DNA from: a virus
Lineage: Duplodnaviria > Caudoviricetes
DNA length: 50,029 nt
Virus record (IMG/VR): IMGVR_UViG_3300037424_001012
Span: 1 to 50,029 of that record
Direction: 5' to 3' (one strand)
The notes beneath the pieces are model-generated. The model did no database searches, was not told the DNA's origin, and saw only the letters and a list, made by a program, of their open reading frames with translations. Below, piece by piece: positions 18,183-28,295 of this stretch. The position numbers and the translations under genes are program-made. Every line of letters starts with the position of its first letter. Position 1 is the first letter of the stretch.

Positions 18183-20684
18183 ATGATAACAAACGGTTCT
18201 GTAATCGATAAGAGGAATGAGTCCCTTACGGAAGCTGATGCTTTGGCTTACGGCATAGATCCAAAATCTCTACCGGCTCTTGTTGATAGAGAGCGGATGC
18301 TTAAAGCCCACCCTGCTCTAGCTGAATCAATGAGTCCAGGGCAGTATGTTGCTCCAAGTTATACATCTGCTTTAGCTGGCTTTGTTATTACAGCCTTTCG
18401 AGAGAACAAGGAAGCCAAAGTAAATGGAGGTATCGAGAAAGATTATTTCGATTGCTTGAGAGCTTACAACGGTGAGTACAACCCAGAAGACTTAGCGAAG
18501 ATCATAGCTTCAGGTGGATCAAGGATCTTTATCAATCTCACTGGCCTGAAGTGCAGAGCGGGTGCAAGCTGGATAAGGGATATTCAAATGCCAGCTAAAG
18601 GCCCCTCCTGGTCTGTAGAGCCAACTCCGGTTCCGGATCTTCCGCAGGATATAAAGGCTCAAATCAACAAAGCTATCGATATGGAGTTTGGCTCATTCGT
18701 GTCCGAGTTCAAGCCTGAGCAAAGATTTCTTCCTCCTCAACCTCCTCCCCAATCTCAGCAAGCTCAGCAAGCACAGCAGCAAGCCCAACCACAGGCAGCT
18801 ATAGCCCAGGATACCGGGTTTTCCCCGCAGCCAGGTAATACTTCTCAGAAGCAATTGGCTCCAGGAGCATCGACTTCCAAGAAAGCCAAAACTCTAAAAG
18901 AGTTCAACCAGGCCAAACGGGATATCGAGGATATGATTCTCGATGAAATAAACAAGGTTGCCAAGCATGAGATGAAGATCATCGAGCGGGAGATAGCCGA
19001 TCAACTTGCTGAAGGTAACTGGGATAAAGCTCTCTCTGAGTTCATTGACGACTTTGTGGTGGTTCCTACGGCATTCCTAAAAGGGCCGATCATAAGCCGG
19101 GATATGTCTTTGACCTATGTCAATGGCAAGCCAGTATCCAAGGAAAAATACATCTACCTGAACAAGAGAGTCTCAGGACTCGATATGTATCCATCTGCCA
19201 ATAGCACAGGGATTAACGATGGAGATAACATCATTGAACATCTTCGTTTCACTCACAGGGAGATAGCAGGGCTAAAGGGCCTGCCCGGGTATGACAGTGA
19301 CGCTATCGATGCAGTCATAAACGAGTTCACTGGCAGAACTCATTGGATAGACAGTGGTATAGAGGGAGATAAAGCTTTAGCAGAAAGACGCGGTGACGAG
19401 CACTATGCCAGTAAAGGTGTAATACATGGACTTCACTTTCATGGATCAATTCCAGTAAGATATCTTAGAATGTGGGGGCTTAAGGAAAACGAGCTTTACT
19501 CTTACTCTGAGTATGACGAGAAAGAAGTAGAGTGTATCCTTGCTGGTAATTACATCATTAAGTGTGTCCTTAACAAAGATCCCCTCAAGCGAAGGCCCTA
19601 CTACAAAGCGAGCTACCAAAACAGACCAGGCTCCTTCTGGGGTATAGCCTTGCCTATGCTTATGAGCGATATACAGCGGATGTGCAATGCTACAGCCAGG
19701 GCACTTGCGAACAACATGGGTTTGTCTTCAGGCCCTCAGATCGAGATCTATGTGGACAGGCTTGCAGATAACTCCCCGATAACCTCTATTCATCCATTCA
19801 AGATCTGGCAGTTGACTTCAGACCCTACGGGCGGAAGCGGAAGAGCTATCAACTTCACCCAACCGGTTTCCAATGCGGCTGAGCTTCTTGCTGTATTCAA
19901 AGAGTTTGAACTCAGAGCGGACGATGCTACAGGTATACCCAGATATGCATACGGCAACGAGAGAGTAGCTGGTGCTGCTCAGACCGCACATGGCCTGTCT
20001 TTGCTTCTGGAATCTGCTTCCAAGGCTATCAAGGATTGTGTCCGGAATATAGACAACGGTGTAGTTATTCCGAGGATCGAGTCTCAATTCTACTGGAATA
20101 TGCTCTCACGGAAAGGAAGGGCCTATACTGGTGATCCAAAAGTTATAGCAAAAGGTTCCTCTACTCTCACCATGAAGGGTGCTGAGCAAATGAGAAGAAA
20201 TGAGTTCTTGCAGTTAACCACTAATCCTATGGATCAACAGATACTTGGCTTGAATGGTAGAGCTGAGATTCTTAGGAGAGTTGCTGAAGATCTCAACATG
20301 GGTGAAAGCCTCATTCCGTCTAGGCTTGAGCTTCTGGCTCAACAGGAAGAAAATGCTGCTGCTGCTCAACGCCAGCAAGAGATGGCAATGCAGTTGGAGC
20401 GTGAGAAGAACTCAATGGGCCTCCAGTCAACCGGACTTCAGGCTAACGCCCAGATAGAAATGCACAGAGAAACACAAGCTTTCAAAGCAATGGAGCTTGA
20501 CAAACGACAAGAAGAGCGTATCATTAAGGCACAGATAGAGCTTGCCCGATTGGAGGCACAGAGAGAAGGCAAGGTGATGTCTGATAACACAAAACTGCAA
20601 CAGGCTGGATTGATGGAGCATGGTAAAGACCGTAGATTCGATACTGAAGTAGCTTTGAAACTTAAACAAGGTGAGGGTATCTAA
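18183..20684 (+). CDS. portal protein
   Basis: About 830 aa directly after terL; PGSFWG, ADDATGIP and C-terminal coiled coil as in P22-like podoviral portals; Q/P-rich insertion. Confidence 0.82.
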   Translation: MITNGSVIDKRNESLTEADALAYGIDPKSLPALVDRERMLKAHPALAESMSPGQYVAPSYTSALAGFVITAFRENKEAKVNGGIEKDYFDCLRAYNGEYNPEDLAKIIASGGSRIFINLTGLKCRAGASWIRDIQMPAKGPSWSVEPTPVPDLPQDIKAQINKAIDMEFGSFVSEFKPEQRFLPPQPPPQSQQAQQAQQQAQPQAAIAQDTGFSPQPGNTSQKQLAPGASTSKKAKTLKEFNQAKRDIEDMILDEINKVAKHEMKIIEREIADQLAEGNWDKALSEFIDDFVVVPTAFLKGPIISRDMSLTYVNGKPVSKEKYIYLNKRVSGLDMYPSANSTGINDGDNIIEHLRFTHREIAGLKGLPGYDSDAIDAVINEFTGRTHWIDSGIEGDKALAERRGDEHYASKGVIHGLHFHGSIPVRYLRMWGLKENELYSYSEYDEKEVECILAGNYIIKCVLNKDPLKRRPYYKASYQNRPGSFWGIALPMLMSDIQRMCNATARALANNMGLSSGPQIEIYVDRLADNSPITSIHPFKIWQLTSDPTGGSGRAINFTQPVSNAAELLAVFKEFELRADDATGIPRYAYGNERVAGAAQTAHGLSLLLESASKAIKDCVRNIDNGVVIPRIESQFYWNMLSRKGRAYTGDPKVIAKGSSTLTMKGAEQMRRNEFLQLTTNPMDQQILGLNGRAEILRRVAEDLNMGESLIPSRLELLAQQEENAAAAQRQQEMAMQLEREKNSMGLQSTGLQANAQIEMHRETQAFKAMELDKRQEERIIKAQIELARLEAQREGKVMSDNTKLQQAGLMEHGKDRRFDTEVALKLKQGEGI

Positions 20685-20917
20685 TGGGTTTTGGCACCAA
20701 AAAAAGAATATACCCGCAATTTAACATTATAGTTACGCAGGAGATTAGAGCGAGAATAGCCAGTGGCGATACGAAACTTCTGGCTGAAGTCCTTGAGGAT
20801 GAAATATTGAGGCTTCAGTCAGAAACATTCGCTAACCCAAGCTTTGAAACCTTCCAGTTAAACAGAGGGGTTCTGCTTGCGTTCGGTACCATTCTAAGAA
20901 TTCTGCAAAGCAATTAA
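20684..20917 (+). CDS. small hypothetical head-module protein
   Basis: 77 aa; overlaps the portal stop. Confidence 0.6.
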   Translation: MGFGTKKRIYPQFNIIVTQEIRARIASGDTKLLAEVLEDEILRLQSETFANPSFETFQLNRGVLLAFGTILRILQSN

Positions 20918-21025
20918 ACTTAAAACCGAACCAGAAAGGCTGCGACTCCTGGACCCCTGAAATATCGCTTCTCAGAAGCGATATCTTAACTCCTGGACCC
21001 ACGCTCCTTAAAAGGAGATTAACCA

Positions 21026-22249
21026 ATGGCAAGTATTTATCAAAGTGACCTCGAAGCTCTTGATGCTGAAATAGCAATTCTTGAGGGTAGAGGACCTGAA
21101 CCAGGGAAAGTTCACGAAATTAAAAAGGGTGAACTTGTAGTTGCAGACGACCCGCATCATCCTATGCCTCAGTCTCCGCAACAGCCCAGACAACCGCAGC
21201 CCAGGCCGAAGCAACAGCAGCAACAGCAGCCCAGGCCGCAGCAACCGCAACCGCAACCGCAACCGCAACCGCAACCGCAACCCGTTCTTAATCGTGGTCC
21301 TGAATTCGCTGATAGCGTAGAGGACTACCTTAAGCTTACTCAAGAACCTCAGCTCCTCCAAGAAGAGGGTGTGGGTCCGGAAGAAGGACCGGAAGGTACT
21401 GAAGGGCGGAAGAATTGGAAGCAAGAATTTGAAGTTTTGGAGAACCGTTACAAAGGACTTAGGAGAGAAAGCGACGCCTTTAAGTTCCAAACGAGATCTC
21501 AGCTTGCCCTTTATCAGGAGCAGATCCTTCGACTCGAAGACGAGAGGGATGCTTTGATGGGTAAACTCCAAGAGCTGACCAAAGCTTCACGGAAAGTAAA
21601 CGTGAAGAGCTTCTTCAACCAGTCAGATAGTGACGCTCTGGGTGAAGATGTTCTCAACAGCTTTGATGCCGCAGTACAAGCGGCTATAAATTCTGCCGTA
21701 ACCCCTCTTCAAGAAGAATTGGTTGCGCTTAAGAAAGAGAAGAGAGCAACCCTCTTGCGGGAGGCCAGCTCCAATAGAGCCAGGAACTACAACGAGTTTT
21801 TGTTTAACTTGAACTCTTTGGTACCGGATCACAATGTGTACAACAAAGATCCTGGATTCTTGGAGTACCTTCGCCAACCCGATGATTACAGCGGTATTAT
21901 GAGGGGTGTACTTCTCCGGAAAGCTGAAGATGCCCTTGATGCAGCTAGGGTGGCCGATTTTTTCAATAGCTATAAAAAGACTATCGGCAAAACACAAGAT
22001 GACTTACTATCCAATTTTGTCACTCCTACGGGTAGTGGGGGTGGTGGTGCTCCCATGCCCAGACAGCAGCAGGAGTTTCCGGATAAATTCAATCATCCTG
22101 ACCCAAACCAACGATGGTACCAGATGAGTCAAATAGACAAGTTCTATGACGACGATATCAAAGGACTATTCCAAGGAAAAGCTGACTTAAGGGACCAACT
22201 GGACAAGATTTACGACCGAGCTATGAGAGATAAAAGAGTCGTAAATTAA
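21026..22249 (+). CDS. putative capsid scaffolding protein
   Basis: Between portal and capsid; coiled coil; QP microsatellite (GCAACC x7 at 21241-21282). Confidence 0.65.
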   Translation: MASIYQSDLEALDAEIAILEGRGPEPGKVHEIKKGELVVADDPHHPMPQSPQQPRQPQPRPKQQQQQQPRPQQPQPQPQPQPQPQPVLNRGPEFADSVEDYLKLTQEPQLLQEEGVGPEEGPEGTEGRKNWKQEFEVLENRYKGLRRESDAFKFQTRSQLALYQEQILRLEDERDALMGKLQELTKASRKVNVKSFFNQSDSDALGEDVLNSFDAAVQAAINSAVTPLQEELVALKKEKRATLLREASSNRARNYNEFLFNLNSLVPDHNVYNKDPGFLEYLRQPDDYSGIMRGVLLRKAEDALDAARVADFFNSYKKTIGKTQDDLLSNFVTPTGSGGGGAPMPRQQQEFPDKFNHPDPNQRWYQMSQIDKFYDDDIKGLFQGKADLRDQLDKIYDRAMRDKRVVN

Positions 22250-22267
22250 CTATAAAGGAGTTCCACC

Positions 22268-23242
22268 ATGGCCCGCGTAGCGATTTCTGAAAACTACTAT
22301 GCAGCAGCATCCGGCACAGACGATTATTACGGTCCGGATTCCAGTGCCCGCTTTACCCCGGCGCTTTATTCAAAGAAAACTCTTCGCCTTTTCCTGGCTG
22401 AGACTGTCTTCCAAGACATTACCAATCGGGATTACGAGGGAGAGCTGAAGGGCTACGGCTCCAAGCTGTTCATTCGTAAGGACGTTGACGTTATTGTAAA
22501 CGAATACTCTATCGGTCAGGATATTGTGTATGATACTCCGGTATCTGTAGCTCTGACTCTTGAGATCAACAAAGCGTACTACACGGCCTTCCGTATCGAT
22601 GATATCGATAAAGCCCAGTCCGATCTCGATCTCGTCAATATGTTCAGCAAGAATACCAAGCGCGAAGTCAATATTTATGTTGACCAGGATGTGCTTGAGT
22701 ATATGTCAACCGGCGCTGATGCTACCAATGCTGGCGCTACTGCTGGTGCTATCTCCGGAAACATCGACCTCGGAGCTGCTGGTGCTCCTATCGCTGTTGA
22801 CAAAGATAACGCCATAACCAACTTCCTGAACCTCAAGCAAGCCCTTGGGGAAAACAACATCCCGGAAGAGAATTGGTTTGTTGTAATCCCTGAGTGGTAC
22901 GCCAACCTCTTGCAGCAAGGTGACTTGAAGAGAGCGGACGTTACCGGCGACAGAATGGGTGTTATCCGGACTGGTTATCTCGGTGAGATTTCCGGCCTCA
23001 AGGTATACAAAAATAACAACCTCTATAGCGTAACCGATGCTACTACAACCCGTACTGCTTACTATGTACTGTGTGGTACCTCTGAAGCTACCACCTTCGC
23101 GGCCCAGATTGATAAGTCCGATCAACTCCCGATCCAGAAGTCCTTCGGCGTATACTGGAGAACTCTCTTTGTCTGGGGTCGGCTCGTAACGCAGCCTACG
23201 GGAATTGCAGTCCTGTACTGCGAACCATCAACTGGCGCTTAA
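22268..23242 (+). CDS. major capsid protein
   Basis: 324 aa; FTPALYS, ITNRDYEGEL, IDDIDKAQS patterns; strong RBS; followed by a terminator. Confidence 0.85.
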   Translation: MARVAISENYYAAASGTDDYYGPDSSARFTPALYSKKTLRLFLAETVFQDITNRDYEGELKGYGSKLFIRKDVDVIVNEYSIGQDIVYDTPVSVALTLEINKAYYTAFRIDDIDKAQSDLDLVNMFSKNTKREVNIYVDQDVLEYMSTGADATNAGATAGAISGNIDLGAAGAPIAVDKDNAITNFLNLKQALGENNIPEENWFVVIPEWYANLLQQGDLKRADVTGDRMGVIRTGYLGEISGLKVYKNNNLYSVTDATTTRTAYYVLCGTSEATTFAAQIDKSDQLPIQKSFGVYWRTLFVWGRLVTQPTGIAVLYCEPSTGA

Positions 23243-23265
23243 TAGCTGTTTAACCTTAGAAAAGC

Positions 23266-23295
23266 AAAGGCTCTTCCCCCTGAAGAGCCTTTTTT
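23266..23295 (+). terminator. rho-independent terminator after the capsid gene
   Basis: AAAGGCTCTTC-CCCT-GAAGAGCCTTT hairpin running into a T tract. Confidence 0.85.
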
Positions 23296-23338
23296 GTATC
23301 GCTTCTCAGAAGCGATTTAATCACGCAAGGAGACTACC

Positions 23339-23914
23339 ATGGCCTTAATAGGTAAAAGAAAAAAACGTAATATCAGATTCGCCAACCCATTAGACGAGCT
23401 TCTTCTGGTTGAAATAGTGGATGTTGCTATCGGTGTGGATGTCATGGGGAACACCAGGACAATGACAATGGATCGGAAAACATACAACCGCAGAAAGAAC
23501 GATATCAAGATGCGTGTCATTCAGATCCTCAAGCCAGCCGGTGTAATGCCCAATGCTATCAAGCCTGCTACACCCCAGGAAGTAAAAGCTTTGGCAAAAG
23601 CTCAGGACAAAGCTGAACGAGAAAGAGAGATGCTGGAGTCCTGCGATATGGAAGATCCAGAAGACGATCTCGATATTATCGGATCAATGATGTCAAAGGA
23701 TGACGATGATATGCCTGTGGAGTCAGTGGAACCAAAGAAAGCTCTCACTCCCGCTCAGAAGCGAGCTTTAACTTTGCAACGGAAAAAACTGAGCGAGAGA
23801 AAGCGTATTCTCGAAGCCGACGATTCTGAGCTTACTGATGAAGAGCTTGACCTCAAAGTCCAGTATTTGGGTGAGGAAGAGCTTAAGCAGATGGAAGCTG
23901 GCCTCGGTAAATAA
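23339..23914 (+). CDS. hypothetical protein
   Basis: 191-aa ORF with AGGAG RBS; basic N-terminus, acidic middle. Confidence 0.75.
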   Translation: MALIGKRKKRNIRFANPLDELLLVEIVDVAIGVDVMGNTRTMTMDRKTYNRRKNDIKMRVIQILKPAGVMPNAIKPATPQEVKALAKAQDKAEREREMLESCDMEDPEDDLDIIGSMMSKDDDDMPVESVEPKKALTPAQKRALTLQRKKLSERKRILEADDSELTDEELDLKVQYLGEEELKQMEAGLGK

Positions 23915-23950
23915 ATACAAGAGATCTAAACTTACAATAAAGGTGACTCT

Positions 23951-24721
23951 GTGGTTAACTTTCTCGATATATGCAAACAGGTTGAAGATATGGCCGGGGG
24001 CCATGGTACAATCCTTAACGTGGAAAATGCCGTTGGTCTCCATAAAAATATAGTTAGTGCTGTTAAGTCCTGTTATCAGGATCTACAGACATACCGTGAC
24101 AACTGGATTTTCATGCGAAGGACAGTAGAGTTCATGGCAGCTCCCGATAAAAGCTACTACAGCTTGTTCGACATATTCGATAATCCAAGCTCTACAGAGT
24201 CCCTTGTAATGCTTCCGGATCTTGAGATGCTTCCTGAGTTAGAGATGGTCGGCAGCGAAGTAAAGGATCTTGCTTTTGGTAGATGGGCTGTTCCATATGA
24301 TACCAAGCTTCCTTTGTACCATTATGCGGATACCCCTTCTTCAGGTAAGAAGCCTATAGCTTATATGCCCTGGACTCATTTCAGAATGTATTCTTCCGGC
24401 GATTCTGTATCAGGAGTACCCAGCTTGGTATCCTTCGATTATAAAAGTGTTCTCTACTTTCACTCGCCGCCGAAAAAGAGTTACACTTTGTTTGCCGATT
24501 ACTACTTGAAGCCTCAGCTTTTAAAGCTTAATAGTGATGTACCTATAATCCCACCTGAGTATTGGGATCTCATATGTTATAAGGCTGCGTCAAGGATATG
24601 CAGAATTATCGGGAACCATGCTCTGGCCAACGAATACGCAAGAGATGCTATACCTCTTGTCGGGGGTCTTTTAAGAAGCCAGTGCCCGCACGTTAATGCA
24701 GACGTGGAGCCTATAGCTTAA
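23951..24721 (+). CDS. putative head-tail adaptor (tail tubular protein A-like)
   Basis: Synteny; W-x-F-M motif and C-terminal PIIPPEYWDLI typical of podoviral adaptors. Confidence 0.65.
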   Translation: MVNFLDICKQVEDMAGGHGTILNVENAVGLHKNIVSAVKSCYQDLQTYRDNWIFMRRTVEFMAAPDKSYYSLFDIFDNPSSTESLVMLPDLEMLPELEMVGSEVKDLAFGRWAVPYDTKLPLYHYADTPSSGKKPIAYMPWTHFRMYSSGDSVSGVPSLVSFDYKSVLYFHSPPKKSYTLFADYYLKPQLLKLNSDVPIIPPEYWDLICYKAASRICRIIGNHALANEYARDAIPLVGGLLRSQCPHVNADVEPIA

Positions 24722-24734
24722 GGGAGGTACGGAA

Positions 24735-26432
24735 GTGCTGGAGCCAATCTCAGGACCGCAAATTAGAACCAAAGTAATAGATCTTACCGGGGGTGTGAAC
24801 GAATCGGTAAGTACTCTCAATCTTAAGCCAGGCGAATTAATAAGCTGCCTGAACTATATCGAAGTGGATGGAGAATATAGTGGGTACGGGTCTATCTGGG
24901 GTTTTGAAGCTTTTGACGGTACAGCCCTCCCCTCCTCTGTCGATATTGTTGTTAACTCAGACGGTACTATTGACGACACTGATAGGGAAGCTAGGAGAGC
25001 AGCTATTTTAGCCCCTGACGGCACTGGAGCCTGTAGGGGTATTCACGTATACAATGGTGGAGTTTATGCGCTCAGGGACGAAATATCCACTGAAGATAAT
25101 GGTATTTTGCACAAAGCTACAAGCTCTGGCTGGGAAGCTCTTACAATGCCTACCGGAGCAGTCAAGAAGGGGGGATATGGAATCTTCCTTGACGGTAAGC
25201 TATCGTTGTTCCCAAGCACAGCACCACACAGCATATGCTTCTTTGGAGTCGATGGTAAGTCGAAACCTTTTGCTTCAGATGGGACAACTGTATGGGATCT
25301 AAGTGATGTTAATTTGCCCTGCGACGATGCTTTTACCCCAGCTCCTATATACCCACACCTATGTATTATCTTCGACAACCGCCTATGGCTTGCCTTCCCC
25401 GGTGGTTACTTGTTCTGCTGTGCTATCGGAGACCCTACTGACTGGAGTGGGGCTTCTGGAGCTGATAACTGGCCTTTGGGAGATGAGATCGAAGGCTTAT
25501 CTCTCGGACCAGGTAACACTCTAATCGTTCACCTTAAGAATAGTACAAGAATATTCAAGCCAACTCCAGCTTCAGCTACCTATCAGTATGAGAATGAGAG
25601 TCTTCTCCCTGAAGTAGGATCGTTCTTTAACTCCTCAAAAGTTCTCTTGGATGACGTTATATTCTTAACCAAGCGTGGCCCAACTACGCTTGCAGCTTCA
25701 GACAAGTTCGGTGATTTCAAAGCAAGCACAATCACTCAGAAGATAAGCAAGACTTTTGCTTCCAGAAGAAAGACAGTCACATGCACTTTCGTAAAGAAGG
25801 AGCTTAACCAATTCTTTATTATGTTTGAAGGTGGGTACGGAATATGCATGTCCTTCACGGATGCTGTATCCAGCGGGGGTCAGCCTTATTCCAAGCTGAA
25901 AGGCTCCTCCCTCATAAAATACAGCAAATCTATTATACATGTTGCTGAAGGAGAAGATGCAGACGGAAATACCACAAGGTACATGAGCGCTGATGAACTG
26001 TCAGGTATGGTGTATAAGATGGACTCAGGGACTTCCTTCGATGGGGATGTCATACCCACAAGATTCGTTACTGCTTATTGGCATTATGGGTTTCCCAGGA
26101 ACTGGAAGCAATGGATTAAGCTTACTTTCGAGGCTACTGCTGAGTCGGGTACAATCCTTAAAATGAGATGCTCTTACGATTACAAAAATATAGATAGCCC
26201 TAAAGCTGATGAGTTTACGCCAAAAATAGGGCCCAAAGGTGGAGGTGTATGGGGTCAGTCAAAGTGGAAACTCTTTAAGTGGGGTTCTTCGGTTGTCCAA
26301 ACTCCAGAAGCTTTTGCTCTGGGTCTTGGATATAATATGTCTCTCACTGTAAGCACATCTGAGAAGTACAGGACTCCACATATATTCCACAATATTATTT
26401 CAGACTACATCCTTTTAGGGAGAAAGACATGA
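24735..26432 (+). CDS. putative tail nozzle (tail tubular protein B / P22 gp10-like)
   Basis: 565 aa, beta-rich, NRLW...GDPTDW; synteny. Confidence 0.65.
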   Translation: MLEPISGPQIRTKVIDLTGGVNESVSTLNLKPGELISCLNYIEVDGEYSGYGSIWGFEAFDGTALPSSVDIVVNSDGTIDDTDREARRAAILAPDGTGACRGIHVYNGGVYALRDEISTEDNGILHKATSSGWEALTMPTGAVKKGGYGIFLDGKLSLFPSTAPHSICFFGVDGKSKPFASDGTTVWDLSDVNLPCDDAFTPAPIYPHLCIIFDNRLWLAFPGGYLFCCAIGDPTDWSGASGADNWPLGDEIEGLSLGPGNTLIVHLKNSTRIFKPTPASATYQYENESLLPEVGSFFNSSKVLLDDVIFLTKRGPTTLAASDKFGDFKASTITQKISKTFASRRKTVTCTFVKKELNQFFIMFEGGYGICMSFTDAVSSGGQPYSKLKGSSLIKYSKSIIHVAEGEDADGNTTRYMSADELSGMVYKMDSGTSFDGDVIPTRFVTAYWHYGFPRNWKQWIKLTFEATAESGTILKMRCSYDYKNIDSPKADEFTPKIGPKGGGVWGQSKWKLFKWGSSVVQTPEAFALGLGYNMSLTVSTSEKYRTPHIFHNIISDYILLGRKT

Positions 26433-27535
26433 GCAAGTATTTTCAAATAGGAAACTTGGGAGTAGAAAATTATACCGATTCTGATGAAAGAGATATCAAT
26501 GAACCCTTATCGGCTCTCGATACAGCCTTTCAGTTAATAGAAGCTGATGTAGCGGCTGTAGTTGTATCTTCCACTAACTGGGCTTTAGTGAGTAAGGATT
26601 GGGCTATCAAGGCTACCGATATCACTCCTGGTTATGGATCTGCTAAGACTTATGCAGATCAAGCAAGGGCGGATAAGGACTTAGTTGTCGATATGAAAAA
26701 TACAACTTTAGCTGCAAGGAATACAGCTATTTTAGCTCAGACTGCTGCTGAAGCTGCTGAGGATGGGGCTGTAGCAGCTCAAGCTGCTTCTGAAGCTGCA
26801 AGAGATATCACCACAGCTGCAAGAGATACTACCCTCGCTGCAAGAGATACTACGTTAGGGTATAGGAATGAAGCTGAATTGTTCGCAGCTCAGGCTCAAT
26901 CTGCCGCTACTGGTGCTGTGCCTATTGGTACTATAGTAGCTCTTTATCCTGGCTGGTGGACCCTTCCAAGCGAAGGATATTCTAGCGGTTTAGGCCCTAC
27001 TACTGCTGCTATTATTAATAACTATATAGGCCCTAACTGGAAGCTTTGTGATGGCAGCAGCTTCTATGATGAAGAGAGCGTGTTCTTTAATGCAGCTGGT
27101 AGGCAATTACCTCAGCTTACAGGTAATAGATTTCTGAAGGGCTGTGCCCCAGGATCAGAAGGTGTTATGTCCGGTAGTAATACCATAAGTATCCCAACTC
27201 ACACTCACCCTTTTAACCATGGGCATTCTCAGTTTACTTCTGCCGGGACCTCAATTACTGTAGCTCAGCTACCTTCTTATACCCTCGCAGGGAGTAGCAT
27301 GTATGAGGGTGTAGGCCCCTCGGTATCTTCTTTAGCTGAAGTCCAGCCAGCAGCTTCTCCAAGCAGCGGATTTCGAAAATCTCCAGTGCAAGTAAGCTCT
27401 GGCGGATCTGGTCAAGCTCATACTCACGCTATCACTGTCCCTGCTGCTGTTTTTACAACTTCCATTGGTGGGAACACTACATTAGGTAGTGTTCCCTACA
27501 ACCTAAGCGTCCTCTTCATAATCAGAGTTAGATAG
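26429..27535 (+). CDS. tail fibre protein with tail-collar domain
   Basis: Ala-rich coil, then VPIGTIV...WKLCDG...LPQLTGNRFLKG, HTH/HSH motifs and C-terminal FIIRV. Confidence 0.8.
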   Translation: MSKYFQIGNLGVENYTDSDERDINEPLSALDTAFQLIEADVAAVVVSSTNWALVSKDWAIKATDITPGYGSAKTYADQARADKDLVVDMKNTTLAARNTAILAQTAAEAAEDGAVAAQAASEAARDITTAARDTTLAARDTTLGYRNEAELFAAQAQSAATGAVPIGTIVALYPGWWTLPSEGYSSGLGPTTAAIINNYIGPNWKLCDGSSFYDEESVFFNAAGRQLPQLTGNRFLKGCAPGSEGVMSGSNTISIPTHTHPFNHGHSQFTSAGTSITVAQLPSYTLAGSSMYEGVGPSVSSLAEVQPAASPSSGFRKSPVQVSSGGSGQAHTHAITVPAAVFTTSIGGNTTLGSVPYNLSVLFIIRVR

Positions 27536-27549
27536 GAGGGTAGAACAAT

Positions 27550-27867
27550 ATGGACAGTTATAAAGTTACCTACAAAGTTCCCGGATTTTTCAGTATACCT
27601 CATACACTTAGGGGTGTTGTTGGAGATGGTTTTATCGTCGCTTCTATTGATCTTCCGATATCCCAGGACGACATTGATAAATCTAAGGCAAAAGGTGTTG
27701 GCGTAGTCAGCCAAAAGCACTATCTTGTTCAGCATGTTTACAGGTTCTTTCAGCTGGAGGATGGATCTCTTGTACATATCCCCTTCGACTCCTACGTAAA
27801 ATTCCACAAGGAGAGGTCAGCAGCTATAGAGAAGGATATAAATAGACAAGCAAGAGGAGGCTTTTAA
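27550..27867 (+). CDS. hypothetical protein
   Basis: 105-aa ORF with GGAGG RBS. Confidence 0.65.
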   Translation: MDSYKVTYKVPGFFSIPHTLRGVVGDGFIVASIDLPISQDDIDKSKAKGVGVVSQKHYLVQHVYRFFQLEDGSLVHIPFDSYVKFHKERSAAIEKDINRQARGGF

Positions 27868-27921
27868 CCATTACGTAGAAAAAAAATAAATCGCTTCTCA
27901 GAAGCGAAACGAGGCAATGTC

Positions 27922-28278
27922 ATGGAGAAATATCTTTCTGCTATAATCACAGTATTAATGGCTTGGGCTGGAGTAATTTTAGGAATAGGTATTCATAGGG
28001 GAACGACAACCGCAAAATTAACTGGCCTTGAACAAGAGATTAGTGGTGTGAAGAAGGAGTTTAAGGATTCAGACGGAAATCCAAAATACGTATCAACTTC
28101 CAGTTGCCTCGAAAGGCATATGCTATACGAGAAGATAGTGACAGCTCACTTAGCTACCCAAACTCAAGCTTTTATATCTCAGGGTAAAAGACTTGACTCT
28201 CATGAAGAAAAGCTTGATATGATCTATAACGTGGTTCTTGCTATGAAGAACAGTAATAACAGAGACCCCAAGAAATAA
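27922..28278 (+). CDS. membrane-anchored protein (possibly holin-related)
   Basis: N-terminal TM helix followed by a coiled coil. Confidence 0.6.
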   Translation: MEKYLSAIITVLMAWAGVILGIGIHRGTTTAKLTGLEQEISGVKKEFKDSDGNPKYVSTSSCLERHMLYEKIVTAHLATQTQAFISQGKRLDSHEEKLDMIYNVVLAMKNSNNRDPKK

Positions 28279-28295
28279 AAACTTAAGGTGACTAC

